From the human T2T-CHM13v2.0 reference genome, Homo sapiens, in assembly GCF_009914755.1 (NCBI RefSeq), contig NC_060938.1: a stretch of DNA of 64,000 nt, one strand, 5' to 3'. Of the stretch, positions 1-13,731 are shown one piece after another. A program made the position numbers and the translations under genes. Numbering within the stretch: the first letter of the stretch is position 1; the number at the start of each line of letters is the position of its first letter. The notes under the pieces were generated by a model. That model was not told the DNA's origin and did not search any database. It saw nothing but the letters and a program-made list of their open reading frames with translations.

Positions 1-1741
1 ATGTGTTGGTCTCTTTCATCTTCTTTAAAAACCAAGTTTGAAAAACCAGAGTTTAGTAGACACAATGGAACATTTGGCTTAGAAGAAAATTAATAAACTT
101 ATACATTTAATTTATTTTTCTTAAAAAAGAAATAGAAGCTGAAAATTCTAATGGACTTACGTTAAGTGTGTAATCATATGGGGCCAGTTGTTTGGCCTAG
201 GTTTGACCTAGTAGGTCTCTAGCTCCTTGAGACCTTACTATGCATTCTATCATAAAGTACAAGAAATCTTGCAGAAAAAAAACTTGTTAACTTTGTTAAC
301 ACAGTATTGGCCAAATTATTTACTATGGAACCTCTTATCACAGAAGACCTGACAATATCTCATAATATTGATTTTCCAGAAAACAGAATTTAAGACTCTG
401 ACTTATTTGCACAACATTCCCTGGAATGTCAACGATACCAATCTACTCATGAATGGCCAAGTATTTTATATAAGGATGATATAAACAGCAAATAATATGA
501 CCATTACAAGCCTTTGGGATTACTAGCAGTATACAAAGATGATCCTTGCCATCAGCCAACCTTACCCTAAGTTTTCTGAAGGGTCTGACATTTTATCTGT
601 AGAGATAAATGGTAATGACATGTTTCCTTAAGACTTTTCTAGCAAAAACTGGAAAGGCAATACATGTTGTCCATTTTTGCAAGTGAATATTTTCCTGTGC
701 ATCACATAAATAGCCAAAGGAAAAAGAAAAAAAAAATCAATGTGGCCTATGCAAATTTAAAGGGCATCTGGATGTGTGTGGATATGTCTAGGTTTATTTG
801 CATGATCTCTCTTTATTTTTCCTGCTTTCTCTGACCCCTTCAGACAAAACATGCGCCAATCTTTGAGTTGTCAGGATAAATCTCTTATGGCTATCACCTT
901 GTTTGTAAAACTTGGAGATCTGAAGAAAACACTGTCAAGTGATGATGAAAAAAAATGCATTCTTCTCTTCTGACCCTGCCAGGCTTGTGAGCACAATGGT
1001 TGGAGAAGAAAAAAGTCAAGGCAGCAGCTGCCAGGCAACGTCTGCTGTGAGCAGGGGACCTTTTCTGGATTGCTAACAACAAGGATCATGCAAAGGCGTG
1101 GGAGCTTTTTATGGCCACTGTTCTTTCTCTGGCTTTTATAAAAATGTGTTTTACAGGTGAATCAGTGCTTATAAAGTGGGAAAGAAGGTATGAGGAGGAG
1201 CTGGCATGGAATACTTCGGCAGTGTTCAAAGAAAAATAAAGAAAACAAATGAGAGACGAATGCCTTTTCCTTACAGGCCAAGGAGAAAAAAACCCAAAAT
1301 CAATGCCATTGGCCAACTCTCCCTGCTGGGAACAATTAGGTCAGGCTGCAGAGAAAATGAAACATTGTAATTTAAAATTGTATAATTCTTAATATTTTAC
1401 GGAATTGGGCACGAATCAGGTGCCTCCTCCAGCATGTGGCTGCCACGTGCCTGGATTTTGAACAGGAATGTTGCACCTTTGGATGCAAGAAGACAGGTGG
1501 GCTCTGCTTCCTCCCTCCTGCTGGTTCTAGGTAAGTGCTTATTGGCCTCAAACTGATTTGGCCACCGGCAGCATGTGAAGCTGGATCACAAGAATGAGGG
1601 AGCTCAGATACAGTGGCGAACTCTTTGCTTCCCCCCAAATATCAAACTGAAATGAAAAACAGAGGACATGGCATTAAAAAAACATGTATATTGAGGTGAG
1701 ACTCAGCCCTCAGCCAAATAGAGAAACAGGGACAGATATGA

Positions 1742-2073
<332 letters not shown>

Positions 2074-2094
2074 AAAAATATTTTCAAAAATTCA

Positions 2095-2300
2095 CTCCAA
2101 TGCCCAATCCTTCCCCACCTCACCAGTCTTCTTTCTCCTAGCAAATTAAAGAATTGAAATTTCCTGTACAACTCTGACTTTGCAATGCTGTTTATCTCTC
2201 TTACATTGTTTTCTACTTTGTTCTTGTTTTCACTGAAAGATAGCACCCAGAATTGAATGTGGCACTCAAGGAATGGTCTGAAATGGTCTTCTCTCCCATG
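2095..2300 (-). mobile_element. CR1/L3-like LINE fragment
   Basis: Degenerate match to the L3 motif 'cccagaactgaa...ctccaga..tggtctg' (cccagaattgaatgtggcactcaaggaatggtctg). Confidence 0.4.
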
Positions 2301-2421
2301 ATTGCTTGCTGAATACTCTACTTTTCGATAGCCTCTATATGTTTCCGGTTAGTATTAACCCTTCTATTTCTCGACAGGAATGCATGTCTTTTGCAAATCT
2401 TGTGAAATTTCGTTGCAAATA

Positions 2422-2859
2422 CAGTTGACCCTTAAATAACGTGGAGGGTAGCTGTGCTGATCTCTTACACAGTCAAAAAAACCGTGTATAAATTTTGACT
2501 TCCCAAAAACTTAATTATTAATAGCCTACAGTTTACCAGAAGCCTTATCAATAACATAAACAATCCATTAATGCATAGTTTATATGTTATTTGTATAATT
2601 TGTTGTATTCTTACAATAAAGTAAGCTGGGGGAAAAAGGTTATTAGGAAAATTATAAGGAAGAGAAAATATATTTACCTTTCATTAAGTGGATGTGGATC
2701 ATCACAAATGTCTTCATCATCGATTTCAGGTTAAGTAGGTTGAAAAGAAGGAGGAAGGGGAGGGGTTGGTCTTGCTGTGTCTCGGGTGACAGAGGCAGAA
2801 GAAAATCCATGTATAAGTGGACTAGACAGTTCTAATCTGTATTGTTCAAAGGTCAACTG
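2422..2859 (-). mobile_element. Tigger2a (MER28) non-autonomous DNA transposon, full length
   Basis: Terminal inverted repeats cagttgacccttaaataa / ttgttcaaaggtcaactg, a TA TSD on both sides (2420-21, 2860-61), about 438 bp, and internal sequence matching Tigger2a. Confidence 0.9.
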
Positions 2860-2869
2860 TACTTTTAAT

Positions 2870-2975
2870 GAATCTGAAATTTCTAGAGGACTGAGACTGT
2901 ACTTCACTCATATTTATTCAGTTTCTTTCACAGTGCCTGGCACATTTTAGATACTCAGTATGTGTTGATTAAATC
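2870..2975 (+). mobile_element. L2 3' end fragment
   Basis: cacagtgcctggcacat...ctcagtatgtgttgattaaat resembles the L2 3' terminus. Confidence 0.55.
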
Positions 2976-3129
2976 ACAAATTTTACACCCCTTTTGAAAA
3001 CATGTTCTTGTGTCCCCAGTCACTGAAGAATAAAAGCCATTGTCTTTGAAGTAGACTTGTATCAGATTCTGTGCATTCCAAGCCCGTATCCTTTCAAGCC
3101 ACCTATGGCATTTTTCCACTGTCTTCCTG

Positions 3130-3913
3130 CAAGGGTTCTTTTGTCACAGGAAAGGAGGGAAATGGACAAGTGGAGGGGACAGGTGCTCTTAAGCAATAAG
3201 TAGCTAGAGTTCAAGGAGAAATACCCTGGTTTTCTCCACCGTTCATGCAGTCATTTGGAGGTTTCTTGTCTACAGTCATTTAGAAGGTTTCCACTGGGAT
3301 TGAGCCCAGATACCCACAGGAGTAATCTGTTCATAAAAACACACTTTATTGAGCTGCATTATTTTCTGTCTCATTTTTCTATTGCCCGATTGTACTTCCT
3401 ATGATCCCTTTTATATCAGTTAGGATTCAACCAAAGAAACAGAACCAGTAGCAGTACAATATAGGAAGATATTTATTATAAGAAATCGAATTTACAAATG
3501 CATGAGCTGGCTAAAAAGTTGATATCATGGGGTGGGCATTCAGAAAAGGGATATCATAGGCAGGCTGGAGTCTCTGGGGACAGGCTAGCGCTGTTGTCTA
3601 CAGGTGAGATTTATTCTCTCTGGGAAACCTCAGCCCTGCTTTTGAGGTTTTGCAACTGATTCAGTCAGCTCCACACAAATTATCCAGGACAGTGTTCCCT
3701 ACACAAAGTCTACCGATTAGAAGTTTTAATTATATCTGCAAAATCTCTTTACAGCAACACCTAGGTTAGTGTTTGGTGATTAATTAGTCTTAGAATAATT
3801 GAAGACAGTAGTCTAGCCAAGTAGACACCTCAGGAAAGCCATTGCAAGTTCCCAAACTACTTGAGCTCATTTGTAGTCTCAAGGTCAGCTCTGAGAGAAC
3901 TCAAACTAATACA
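3130..3913 (+). mobile_element. LTR16-family (ERVL) LTR, interrupted by an MLT2
   Basis: The 3' end ttcccaaactacttgagctc...tctcaaggtcagctctgagagaactcaaactaataca (3849-3913) continues the LTR16-like sequence that stops at about 3410. Confidence 0.55.
3411..3846 (-). mobile_element. MLT2-family (ERVL) solo LTR nested in the LTR16
   Basis: Matches the reverse MLT2 consensus: ..aaccaaagaaacagaaccagtag.. and ..tttacagcaacacctaggttagtgtttg...ctagccaagtagacac..ccattgca. Confidence 0.75.
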
Positions 3914-5561
3914 AGATTCTTGGTAGTCCAATAACAATATACTTTTGTCATATTTGTTTTCCACCGTTGGTCATGCACAAATATTTGCCACTTAACGAAC
4001 AAAAGTGCTGTCAACTGTTTCCCAATTTTCTTTTCCACTCTATTGAATATTTTTAGACCCTGGCACAATTTCCACTCACTGAAATATCATTCGTCATTTC
4101 ACAGATGCCCACAGTGATATCCATTTGGGTGCATGCAAATATGCCAGCACTCTTCAAATTCTGGGCACACTTTATGATTGTATCTCTTACATATGGACCC
4201 TCTCTCCTTCACAAGTTTTGCTTTTTTTTTTTTTAATGTTATTATGAGTTGATTTGGCCAGAAGTGATAAGAGTACTATGGAGCCTTCTGGATGGAAGCT
4301 TGAAGAGCCATTGAGTGATTTGCCATTTTTCTTTTTATGTGTCTTGGTGATCAGGGAAGCACTGAAGCAAGGTTCCCACCTCCAGGTGAACCATATTGAA
4401 CACATATTATGAATTGCAAAAGAAATAAACACAAAAACATACGCCTGTGTGTATGCACTTGCATGTGTGTTAAGCTACCGAAATTTTGGAATGGCTTGGT
4501 GGCCTACCCTAACCTACTCTAACTAGTGTACCTTATGATTCTCTCATCTGTTTAGTTACATTTGATGCTCTCTTTGCCTTTGTTCCTTGTAACAAAGAAG
4601 CTCTCTTTGCTCTTGGTAGCATCACTACATTTGTATTTAGGGTATGGCACTTATTATAGGCTACTTAAAAAGTCACCTCTACACATGTATCTATGAAATC
4701 ACAATTTATGAAAATTAAAATGTTTCACTCAATTTTACTTTACAAGCCCAGTATCAAATAATGTCTTGAATATAGTAAATAGTTAACAAATTGTGGTTAA
4801 ATTTATAAATTAAGATAGTCAAAAATTTCTAGAACTTCTTTGGTATGGCTATTCAGCTCTATATCAAAGCAAATATTTAATTCTATTTTTTTAATTGTCA
4901 AAATTTGTTTAGAACATCATAGTTTGTCTGAAGACTTGATGATTTTAAGTAAATTCTCTCATATTAAACTAACTGGAAATCATGACAACACTTAATTATA
5001 ACCTATCGCTAGCCCAGTGGATTACCTGCAAAGAAATGAGAAGAAAAGGATTCCGGAAACTGGGAAATGTAACATTTCACAGTGTAAATTGTATTCTGCC
5101 CTTTGCCTTTCTAAGTAACATAATTGCATAATGATCTCACTTGCTCCAGAGAAGCACCCTGACATCTTTATTATATTTGCCTTTATCTGGCATGAGATCT
5201 TTTTCAGGCCAGCAATGTCTCTATTTAATACTTCAGTTAAATATACCCAATTAAACTCTATACTGACCTTTTTAAACTAGGCTGTTTCAACTGATTCCAA
5301 ACCTGCGAGCATTATATGAGGTGATTTCTTTCCTGTCTCCCTATGGTTTGAGAAGTTTGAAAGTTAGACAATGCTTGCATAGAAAGAAACCTCAAGCTTA
5401 CATCTTTACTTTGAGTTCAATATTGCTATGAAGGTCCCCATGGAGTTCTAACAAATAATTGTTGCTTAAAATTTTTAAAAATGAACAACAGCCATAGTTA
5501 CTGACCAATTTTTTGTAAAGCAACATTATACACACAGTTATCCATATTGCCTGTTCACACC

Positions 5562-6005
5562 TGTTAGATGTTAAATCGTGTCCCCCAACCCAAACAAAAA
5601 GTTGAATTTCTAACCCCTAGTACCTTAGAATGTAATTGCAAGATTATTGAAGATGTAATTTGTTAAGATGAGATCATACTGGAATAGGGTGGGCCCCTAA
5701 TTCTATCGCTGTCCTTCTGAGAAGATCACTGTATAAAGGCAGAAACACACAGGGAGAATGTCATGTGAGGACAGAAGCAGTATTGTAGTTATGCAGCTGC
5801 AAGCCAAGGGGTTCCACACACTGCCAGCAAACTACCAGAAGCTAGGAAGAGGTAAGGGGTAACACAGGTTTCAGATAAAGTATGGCCCTACCAACACTGC
5901 TGGGTTCCAACTTCTAGCCTCCAGAGCTGAGAGACAATAATTTCTGTTGTTTTGAGCCACTCAGTTTATGATGCTTCATTACAACAGCCCTAGGAAATAA
6001 ATGCA
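5562..6005 (+). mobile_element. MLT1B/C (MaLR) solo LTR
   Basis: TG...CA ends; gttaagatgagatcatactggaatagggtgggccc; cttctagcctccagagctgagagacaataatttctgttg. Confidence 0.85.
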
Positions 6006-8099
6006 CTACTTATTCATCTAATGCACCCACCTTGAGATGGCGTGAATGAGAAAGAAGGCCCTGAAGATATCGTGGCTGCCTAATGCATAAGAGCTGAAAT
6101 GGCAAAGATGGTGGTGGTGGTGTTTCCATCTGGTAAAGTATTAAGAATCGTCCTGTGGAAAAAAATAAACCGTGGACAACAGGGCTCTGTAGCAAGGAAT
6201 TGGGGAGCCCTTAAGCCTATGGGATTTATTTACTTCTCAATAGTTATGTGAAAACCCCTGTGTGTTTGCCTCACCATGTGCAAGATTCTCACACAATGTT
6301 TACACAGTGTTTACGTCTATTCTTCAAAGCAAAAGGAGTATTTATTAAGTAAAGTAAATATTCAAGTGAGATCTCAGAAGCACAAGATTTTTTATACTTT
6401 TACAAACAATGTGTTCTTTTTTTTTGGCTTTAAGGAAATTTGAAACCCATACATTTTAAACATTGTCTGCATTCAAAACCTGATCTCTCCTTTCACATTT
6501 GATCTTGGCTATTCCTAATCAACTTGCTGTATTTATTTCCAGAAAACACATTCTAAAATGATCTTAATTGGAACATGAACAGCCTTATGAATAATAAGAA
6601 ACTGGAAAGAAAAGCAGATCAGGTTTGGATAAAATACAAAATTAAAAATAAGACCAGATGAACTATGAACAGTTTACTTTAAACAAATGTATTATTAAAG
6701 GAAATTGCTTAATATTCAAACTCATTAAATCAAGTTCAACAACTTTTTTTTCCTCTTTAAATAACTCCTTTCTGAATCAATGCAAACCACATTTGAGCTG
6801 TTTCATCAGAGCCTGTTTGATTTGTAAATACAAGGCAAAGGACTAAAAACAACAAAATATCCTATTAAACATCAAACTAATTGGCAAAATGACCTTTTAG
6901 CTCTTTCAACAGATTTAAAAATCTCAGCCAAGCATCTGAATTTATGGTAGTTTTATCTTTCATCACTATAGTCAGGTGACCTTCATCGCTATGCCCAGGA
7001 TTCAGTTCTCTGTGGACTTCCAAAGTGTAAATCAGCCCTTGAACTTGATCGTGAAAGGAAATTTGACACAGAGTGTTATAGAGAGACTAAAATATGACTC
7101 TTTTATTGAAATGTTTACCCTGAAATGATATTTAATGCTTCTTCTTCCAATTACTCACATGTTAATTTCAACTTTGTTTCTCTGGCCTCCTTCTCTCTGC
7201 CCTTGAGTGACAGGTATATTAGCTAAGTTTGTCAGGCTAGTTGCCTGTCCCCCAAGAGAAAACCCAGGAAGAGCTGACCTCATGCTCACAGCATGCGGGG
7301 CCAACTCAGACTACTCTATCAGTCAGCGCCTGGGAAGGGCAAGCAGGGTCCCAGCTGCCTTCCTGAGTGAGCTTGATGATAAAGTTTATCCCATCAGGAA
7401 TGAGAATATTGGTCAGAGTCCAGTTGCATGGCTTATGTTGAGAGTGAACTTTTCGACATTTCAAATCTGCCATATCAAATTAAGCAGAATAAAGCCGGCT
7501 GTTTGCCCGATTATTTATAACATCACAGGAAACTTAGAATGACTTATTAAAGAATGGAAATATTTCTCTTTCCTTAGAAATAAGCTTGCCACTGCCAAAA
7601 TATACAGCAGCTGGCTGTGTATGGAAATGGTGCAAAAAGAGTTCCCAGTTCCAAGGTTATTAAAACATACCTGGGTTCATTTAGAGACCCAAACTCAGTG
7701 CGAGGATGAACAATCTGGTCACAGCCTGGGGTGCCACAATGAACTGCTTGGGTAGCCCTTGTTTCAAACACATAAGAAACAAAAGTAACAGGAACATTTG
7801 ATTTTGCTGAGAATGTTGCTGACCATAGGCTTTGGCCAAAGGTGTTTATCACCTTAATAAGTCCCTAGGAATGCAGCTGAAAGGGTGACTTTGAAAGTGT
7901 CTGTAGCATTCCTGCTTAGTTACAAACTGCATCAAGAACAGAAATCACTGAGCAAAGCTAGCAATGAATTTCGGAGATATAAATACTGTATGTATGAGAA
8001 TTTTTTGGATGTAATTTTACTACTTCATTACTGATAATGTGGGATCACTGTAAGTAATTTAAGAAAGTGAAAATATATGAAGCTTTTATTTACCCCAAA

Positions 8100-8660
8100 T
8101 CTTACCATCCATTACTAACATTTTAGTATATTTCCTATCAGTCTTTTTTCTATGCAAAATTGTATTCATGTTCACAAAAATCTTGTGTGAGAAATTACAT
8201 TTTTAAGTAACTTGTATTTTAACTAAACAAATATATATACACACACATACGCACATTACATATATAGGCACACACCTACACATGCACACACACACACACA
8301 CAGCTATCTATGTCTGTCTATTTCTATCTATTTTATAATTGTAGTTATCTTTGGAAACCGGATGTTTGATAACAGCATTTTATTAAACCACTCGGATATT
8401 TCATGATTTATTGAAAATATCCTTTTTTGTCAGTTATTTATGCTGCTCACAATTACCCTTTATTGTTATTACAAACAATGCTACAATGAATATTCTCATA
8501 TAAAAATTGTTCTTTTTATCTCTGAATACTGCTTTAGGGTAAATTATAAGAAGTTGATTTAATTGGGTCAAAGAAAATCAACACCTTTAGGATTCTTAAT
8601 ACGTATTGTCCAACTGCTTTCTATAAAGTTTGTACAAATTAACTCCTACATGGTTACCTT
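8100..8660 (-). mobile_element. Old L1M (L1ME-like) 3' fragments with a (CA)n microsatellite
   Basis: ttattacaaacaatgctacaatgaatattctc...aattgggtcaaag...tattgtccaactgctttc is typical antisense L1ME sequence. Confidence 0.55.
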
Positions 8661-10254
8661 AATAGCAATTTTCATGGTTATGAATCAAGGTCCTATCCCA
8701 TATTCTCCTTGAACTCTTTAAATACACTTTTTTTCCCTATCATCTTCTTTCTATGCAAGTGTCAACCAAGTTTGTGAGAAGAGTTGTTATTTCTCATTCA
8801 GTACTGATATAGGGGATGACAGTATAATGCACACGTATGCATAGTCACATACTTACCTATCCATTCATGTTCCTTTTGATCCCCAAAATGAGTTTTGATA
8901 GTTACAACACTTTCTAGTCTTTCTGATTATGTCATGATGTAATCATGGTGATTGTTTAAACATATACACATTTTAATTGGTACAATAAAACAATGCGCAT
9001 GTTTATTATTTTGAGTACTTGCTGACATATGTAGCGTGCAGGTTGTGCTAAAAACATGTCAGTGTGTTGATGACTGCGAGTGATGTGTGACTCACTTTCT
9101 GTGTATAATCCTTACTGACACGTATATGCCTGCTCTAGCTAAGATGGATGGAAACCCTCATTACAACTGAACACCGTAGCAGTATCAGAAAAAAGGCAGA
9201 GGAGAGTTCAAGAAAATAAATAAATAAATAAATACATGAAATTTAAAAAATGAAACAGAAGGACACTGGAAGAAAATAAAAGAGGGCTGAAGTAAGGAGC
9301 CAGGGTAGCACACAGGTAGAAGGGATAAGTGAGGGAGGGGCCATTGTGCACTGCATGGTTCTTCCAGATATTTCTTTGAAATGAATTTGCCCTTACCTGT
9401 CTTTGCTCACCTACTTAAGTGAGTGATAGATTGCAGGCAAAAAAGAGACCATAATTATCCACTAGAATTAATTCTGAGTGCTTTTTAGGAGTCTTCTTTT
9501 TTTTCCCTTTAGCTCAGCCATATTTCTTCCAGGGAAGAAAGGAGGCATGCATGTTGGTTCAGCAGTATTTCCCAGCATAGCTTTTGGGACAATAGCAAAA
9601 AATAGATCTGAAGAATCAACTCTTGAACAGGTATTATTTTCTCTGGATTTTCAACACTTCTTTTATCATTCTTTTTTTTTTTTTTTTTGAAAAATTATAG
9701 TTGGAATGGAGACACCCTGTGTAGAGCATATTTAAGGCACATTAAGAATTATGATATGAAAAACGATTTTAAAGTTACTCAGAAATTTATCAAGTTTATT
9801 GCCTTTAGAAATAGCCCAACTTTAGGAAGGAGACTCTGGTTCTTTGGTTGTTGGAACAAAAGAGAAAAATCTATTATTTCATATTATATATGCATACACA
9901 TAAATATACAATGAGTATATATAAAACATACACACATATATGCATACTTATATAAAATAGAAACATGATGTACATACATATACACACACATATATATTCA
10001 TAACTCATTCACAGGTAACTTATATTTGTCTAGTAAAATCCAAGGATGTTTTGTTGTTAAAATATTCCTATTAAAGATTTACACATATGATTCTTTTTAA
10101 GTTCCAGGCATAGGCTTATAAAACACTATTGCCTTGTTTAATATTTTTCCACATTTTATATTAAAAGCTTGATTGCCTGGAAAATATTATGAGACAGAGT
10201 CATTGTAGAGCTAATATGAAGATTGCTGCTCATTTAGTATTTGAAAAAAGAATA

Positions 10255-10625
10255 TCCACTATTAATTGAAAAGTCCCTTAAAATACATCTCTCTTTTTTA
10301 ACTACATATTTGTATGAGACTACATTTTCTTTATGCATTTCAACCTAAGCAACATATAAAAACAGGTTAAGTGCAGAAGATTTGAGAACCCAGCTGTCTT
10401 TATTAAAACATACATTAAAGAAATTTGTAAAAATTTAATGAAAAACTATAAAGCAATTCTCACTAAATTATTTTTTGTATTGGAAAACATAATTTTTTAT
10501 AAATCATGCATGAGATTTTATTCTTAAAACATCAGTCTTATTATTTTTAAATAAACTGTTTACAAAATGTTTACATTTTTATTTGTTTTTTCATTTTAAT
10601 GTTTAATGTAGCAAGTATTGGTGGA
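10255..10625 (+). mobile_element. Charlie1-family hAT DNA transposon fragment
   Basis: aactacatatttgtatgagact...gagaacccagctgtcttt.attaaaacatacattaaagaaatttg matches the Charlie1 3' region. Confidence 0.7.
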
Positions 10626-11005
10626 TTAGAGAAGCTTTTATTTCCTTAGACTTCTTATGTTTTAGAAAGGAGGGTTAAGTTAGATATATTTCTCAATATG
10701 AAACCTGAAGATGATGTATAATAGATCTATTTGAAGTGCTTGTTAAAATATAGATATCAAGACCTTTCCAAGACTCACCAAGTTAGACTCCGTGAGAGAT
10801 GCCTTTCATAGAAGGAACCTTGGGGATTTTTCAAGTTCCATTGAAATTGGAGTGTTATCTATTAGATGGCCTCTGTTGATTTTGCTTCACTTTTGCTTTG
10901 CTCCAGGTGGGTAAACACCAAAATCCCTGAACCACCAGCTATTGCAAGGTAAACCTGGTGTTTGAATTACCTAGGCTTCAAGTCCCTTTTTATATATCTA
11001 CATTT

Positions 11006-11266
11006 TAGGATTGGCAGAGAAAGTAGAAGATGCCCAACTAAATTTGAATTTCAGATAGAAAATAATTTCATAGTATAAGTATGTTACATGCTACACTTAG
11101 GACATGTATATGTTAAAGAATTAAATAATATATTCATCATTCATCATTTATCAAAATATTGGATCAACATATTTATACTAAAAATTATTCATTGTTTATC
11201 TGAAATTTAAATGTAACTGATTTGCCTGCTTTCTGTTTGTATGTTTTCTTTTGATAAATCTACCAG
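11006..11266 (+). mobile_element. MER53 palindromic DNA element
   Basis: Arms aaatttgaatttcagata...agtataagtatgt and acatatttatact...tatctgaaatttaaat are mutual reverse complements and match MER53. Confidence 0.75.
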
Positions 11267-11437
11267 GTGCATCACATTTTATACAGTCTACCATTGCTTC
11301 CAGATGGTAATAGCCATAAAAAGATTAAGTGAGACAATATGGGCATGTCTAACCTTCAGGATTGATTAATTATATGAGCTTAGGTGGAGTCAGAGGGAGA
11401 AATGACAAAACCTGGACACTCTTGAAATCACAATTAA

Positions 11438-11809
<372 letters not shown>

Positions 11810-12637
11810 TAACACTCTTATAGAATAAATCTCTCTAAACTTCCCTTAGAATTTCTTTCAAAAACGGTCTTTGTGAAACTCATGTGGCTGTGCTTTCAGT
11901 TACTGTTTATTTCATTTCAACGCAGCTTTTCTCACTGTAAATTCATCACCACATTGGAAGCAACGTCATTCCCAAAGCAACTGGTTGTAGAGTTTGCAGT
12001 TTTTATGTTTGTCGAAGCCTCTGTTCTATTATGTGAAAATTCAGCTCTGCTTTTAACTGCTCTTACATGTATGGTTCTAAGAATGTAAACATTCTTTAGC
12101 TTCTGCCTCCTTATTTTGTCTGTCTCTCCAGAAGGTCTATATGACCTCTTCATAGGCTGCTATATTTACTGGCTTCTTACCCATTTCTACCAACGCTGTT
12201 ACCTCTCCTCTTCTAAAAATACAAACTTCCCTCTGAGCAATATTCTCCATTCAATCATCTTTTTAACCTTTTTAAATTCTAGTCCTTTCTGATTCTACTT
12301 GTTGCAGATACCAAGTCTGTTTCTTTTCTTCTTCTTCTTCTTTTTTTCCTAAAGAAAAATGATTATGTTTTTAAGTGAACGATCTGGAATAAGATAAATA
12401 AATATTTTAATATCAACAAACAAATAATATTTGCTTTTTCTAAAGATTTCAACTATAATTGAGCAACCTGTAAAAACTGTCTTTCATTTTTATTTTTTTA
12501 AAACAATTAGAGAGTAGTTTTTATTTTCTAATAGCTGGCATTCTCCTAAAATTATTTTCATAGTTTATTTCTACTTAGACAGTTGGCAGGACCAGGTTTT
12601 GACATATAATGTGAAGTTTGGTCTTTAGAGTCCAAAT

Positions 12638-13731
12638 TGTTACAGGAAGTCAGGGACCCCAAATGGAGGGACTGGCTGGAGCCGTGGCAGAGGAATATAA
12701 ATTGTGAAGATTTCATCTTAATATGGACATTTATTAGTTCTCAAATAATACTTTTATAATTTTTTATGCCTGTCTTTACTTTAATCTCTTAATCCTGTTA
12801 TCTCCGTAAGCTGAGGATGTATGTCACCTCAGGACCACTGTGATAATTGTGTTAACTGTACAAATTGATTGTAAAACATGTGTGTTTGAACAATATGACA
12901 TCAGTGTACCTTGAAAAAGAACAGAATAATAGTGATTTTTAGGGAACAAGGGAAGACAACCATAAGGTCTGACTGCCTGCGGGGTCAGGCAAAAAGAGCC
13001 ATATTTTTCTTCTTGCAGAGACCCTATAAACAGATGTGCAAGTAGGAAACATATCGCTAAATTCTTTTCCTAGCAAGGAATATTAATATTAATATCCTGG
13101 GAAAAGAATGCATTCCTGGAGGAGGGTTTATGAATGGCTGCTCTGGGAATGTCTGTCTTGTGCAGTTGAGATAAGGACTAAGATAAGCCTTGGTCTCCTG
13201 CAGAACCCTCAGGCTTACTAGGGTTGGGAAAACTCAACCCTGGTAAATTTGTGGTCAGACCAGTTCTCTGCTCTTGAACCCTGTTTTCTGTTGTTTAAGA
13301 TGTTTATCAAGACAATACGTGTACCACTGAACATAAACCATTAACCAGTAGTTCTGCTTTTACCCTTTGCCCTGTGATCTTTGTTGGGCTCTTATCAGTG
13401 GTTCTGCTTTTGCCCTTTGCCCTGTTCCCTCAGAAGCATATGATCTTGTTAGACCTTTATCAGTGGTTCTGCTTTTTGCTCTTTGAAGCATGTGATCTTT
13501 GTACCTACTCTCTGTTCTTACACCCCCTCCCCTTTTGAAACCATGAATAAAAACTTGCTGGTCTGAGACTCAGGTGGGCAACATGGTCCTACTGATATGT
13601 GGTGTTACCCCTGGAGGCCCAGCTGTAAAATTCCTCTCTTTGTACTGTCTCTCTTTATTTCTCAGCTGGCTGACACTTACAGAAAATAGAAAGAACCTAC
13701 GTTGAAATATTGGGGGCAGGTTCCCCCAATA
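12638..13731 (+). mobile_element. MER11 solo LTR (HERV-K HML-8)
   Basis: Starts tgttacaggaagtcagggacccc and ends ggttcccccaata; 1094 bp; 5-bp TSD CAAAT (12633-37, 13732-36); internal tandem repeats (cagtggttctgctttt); AATAAA at 13546. Confidence 0.93.
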
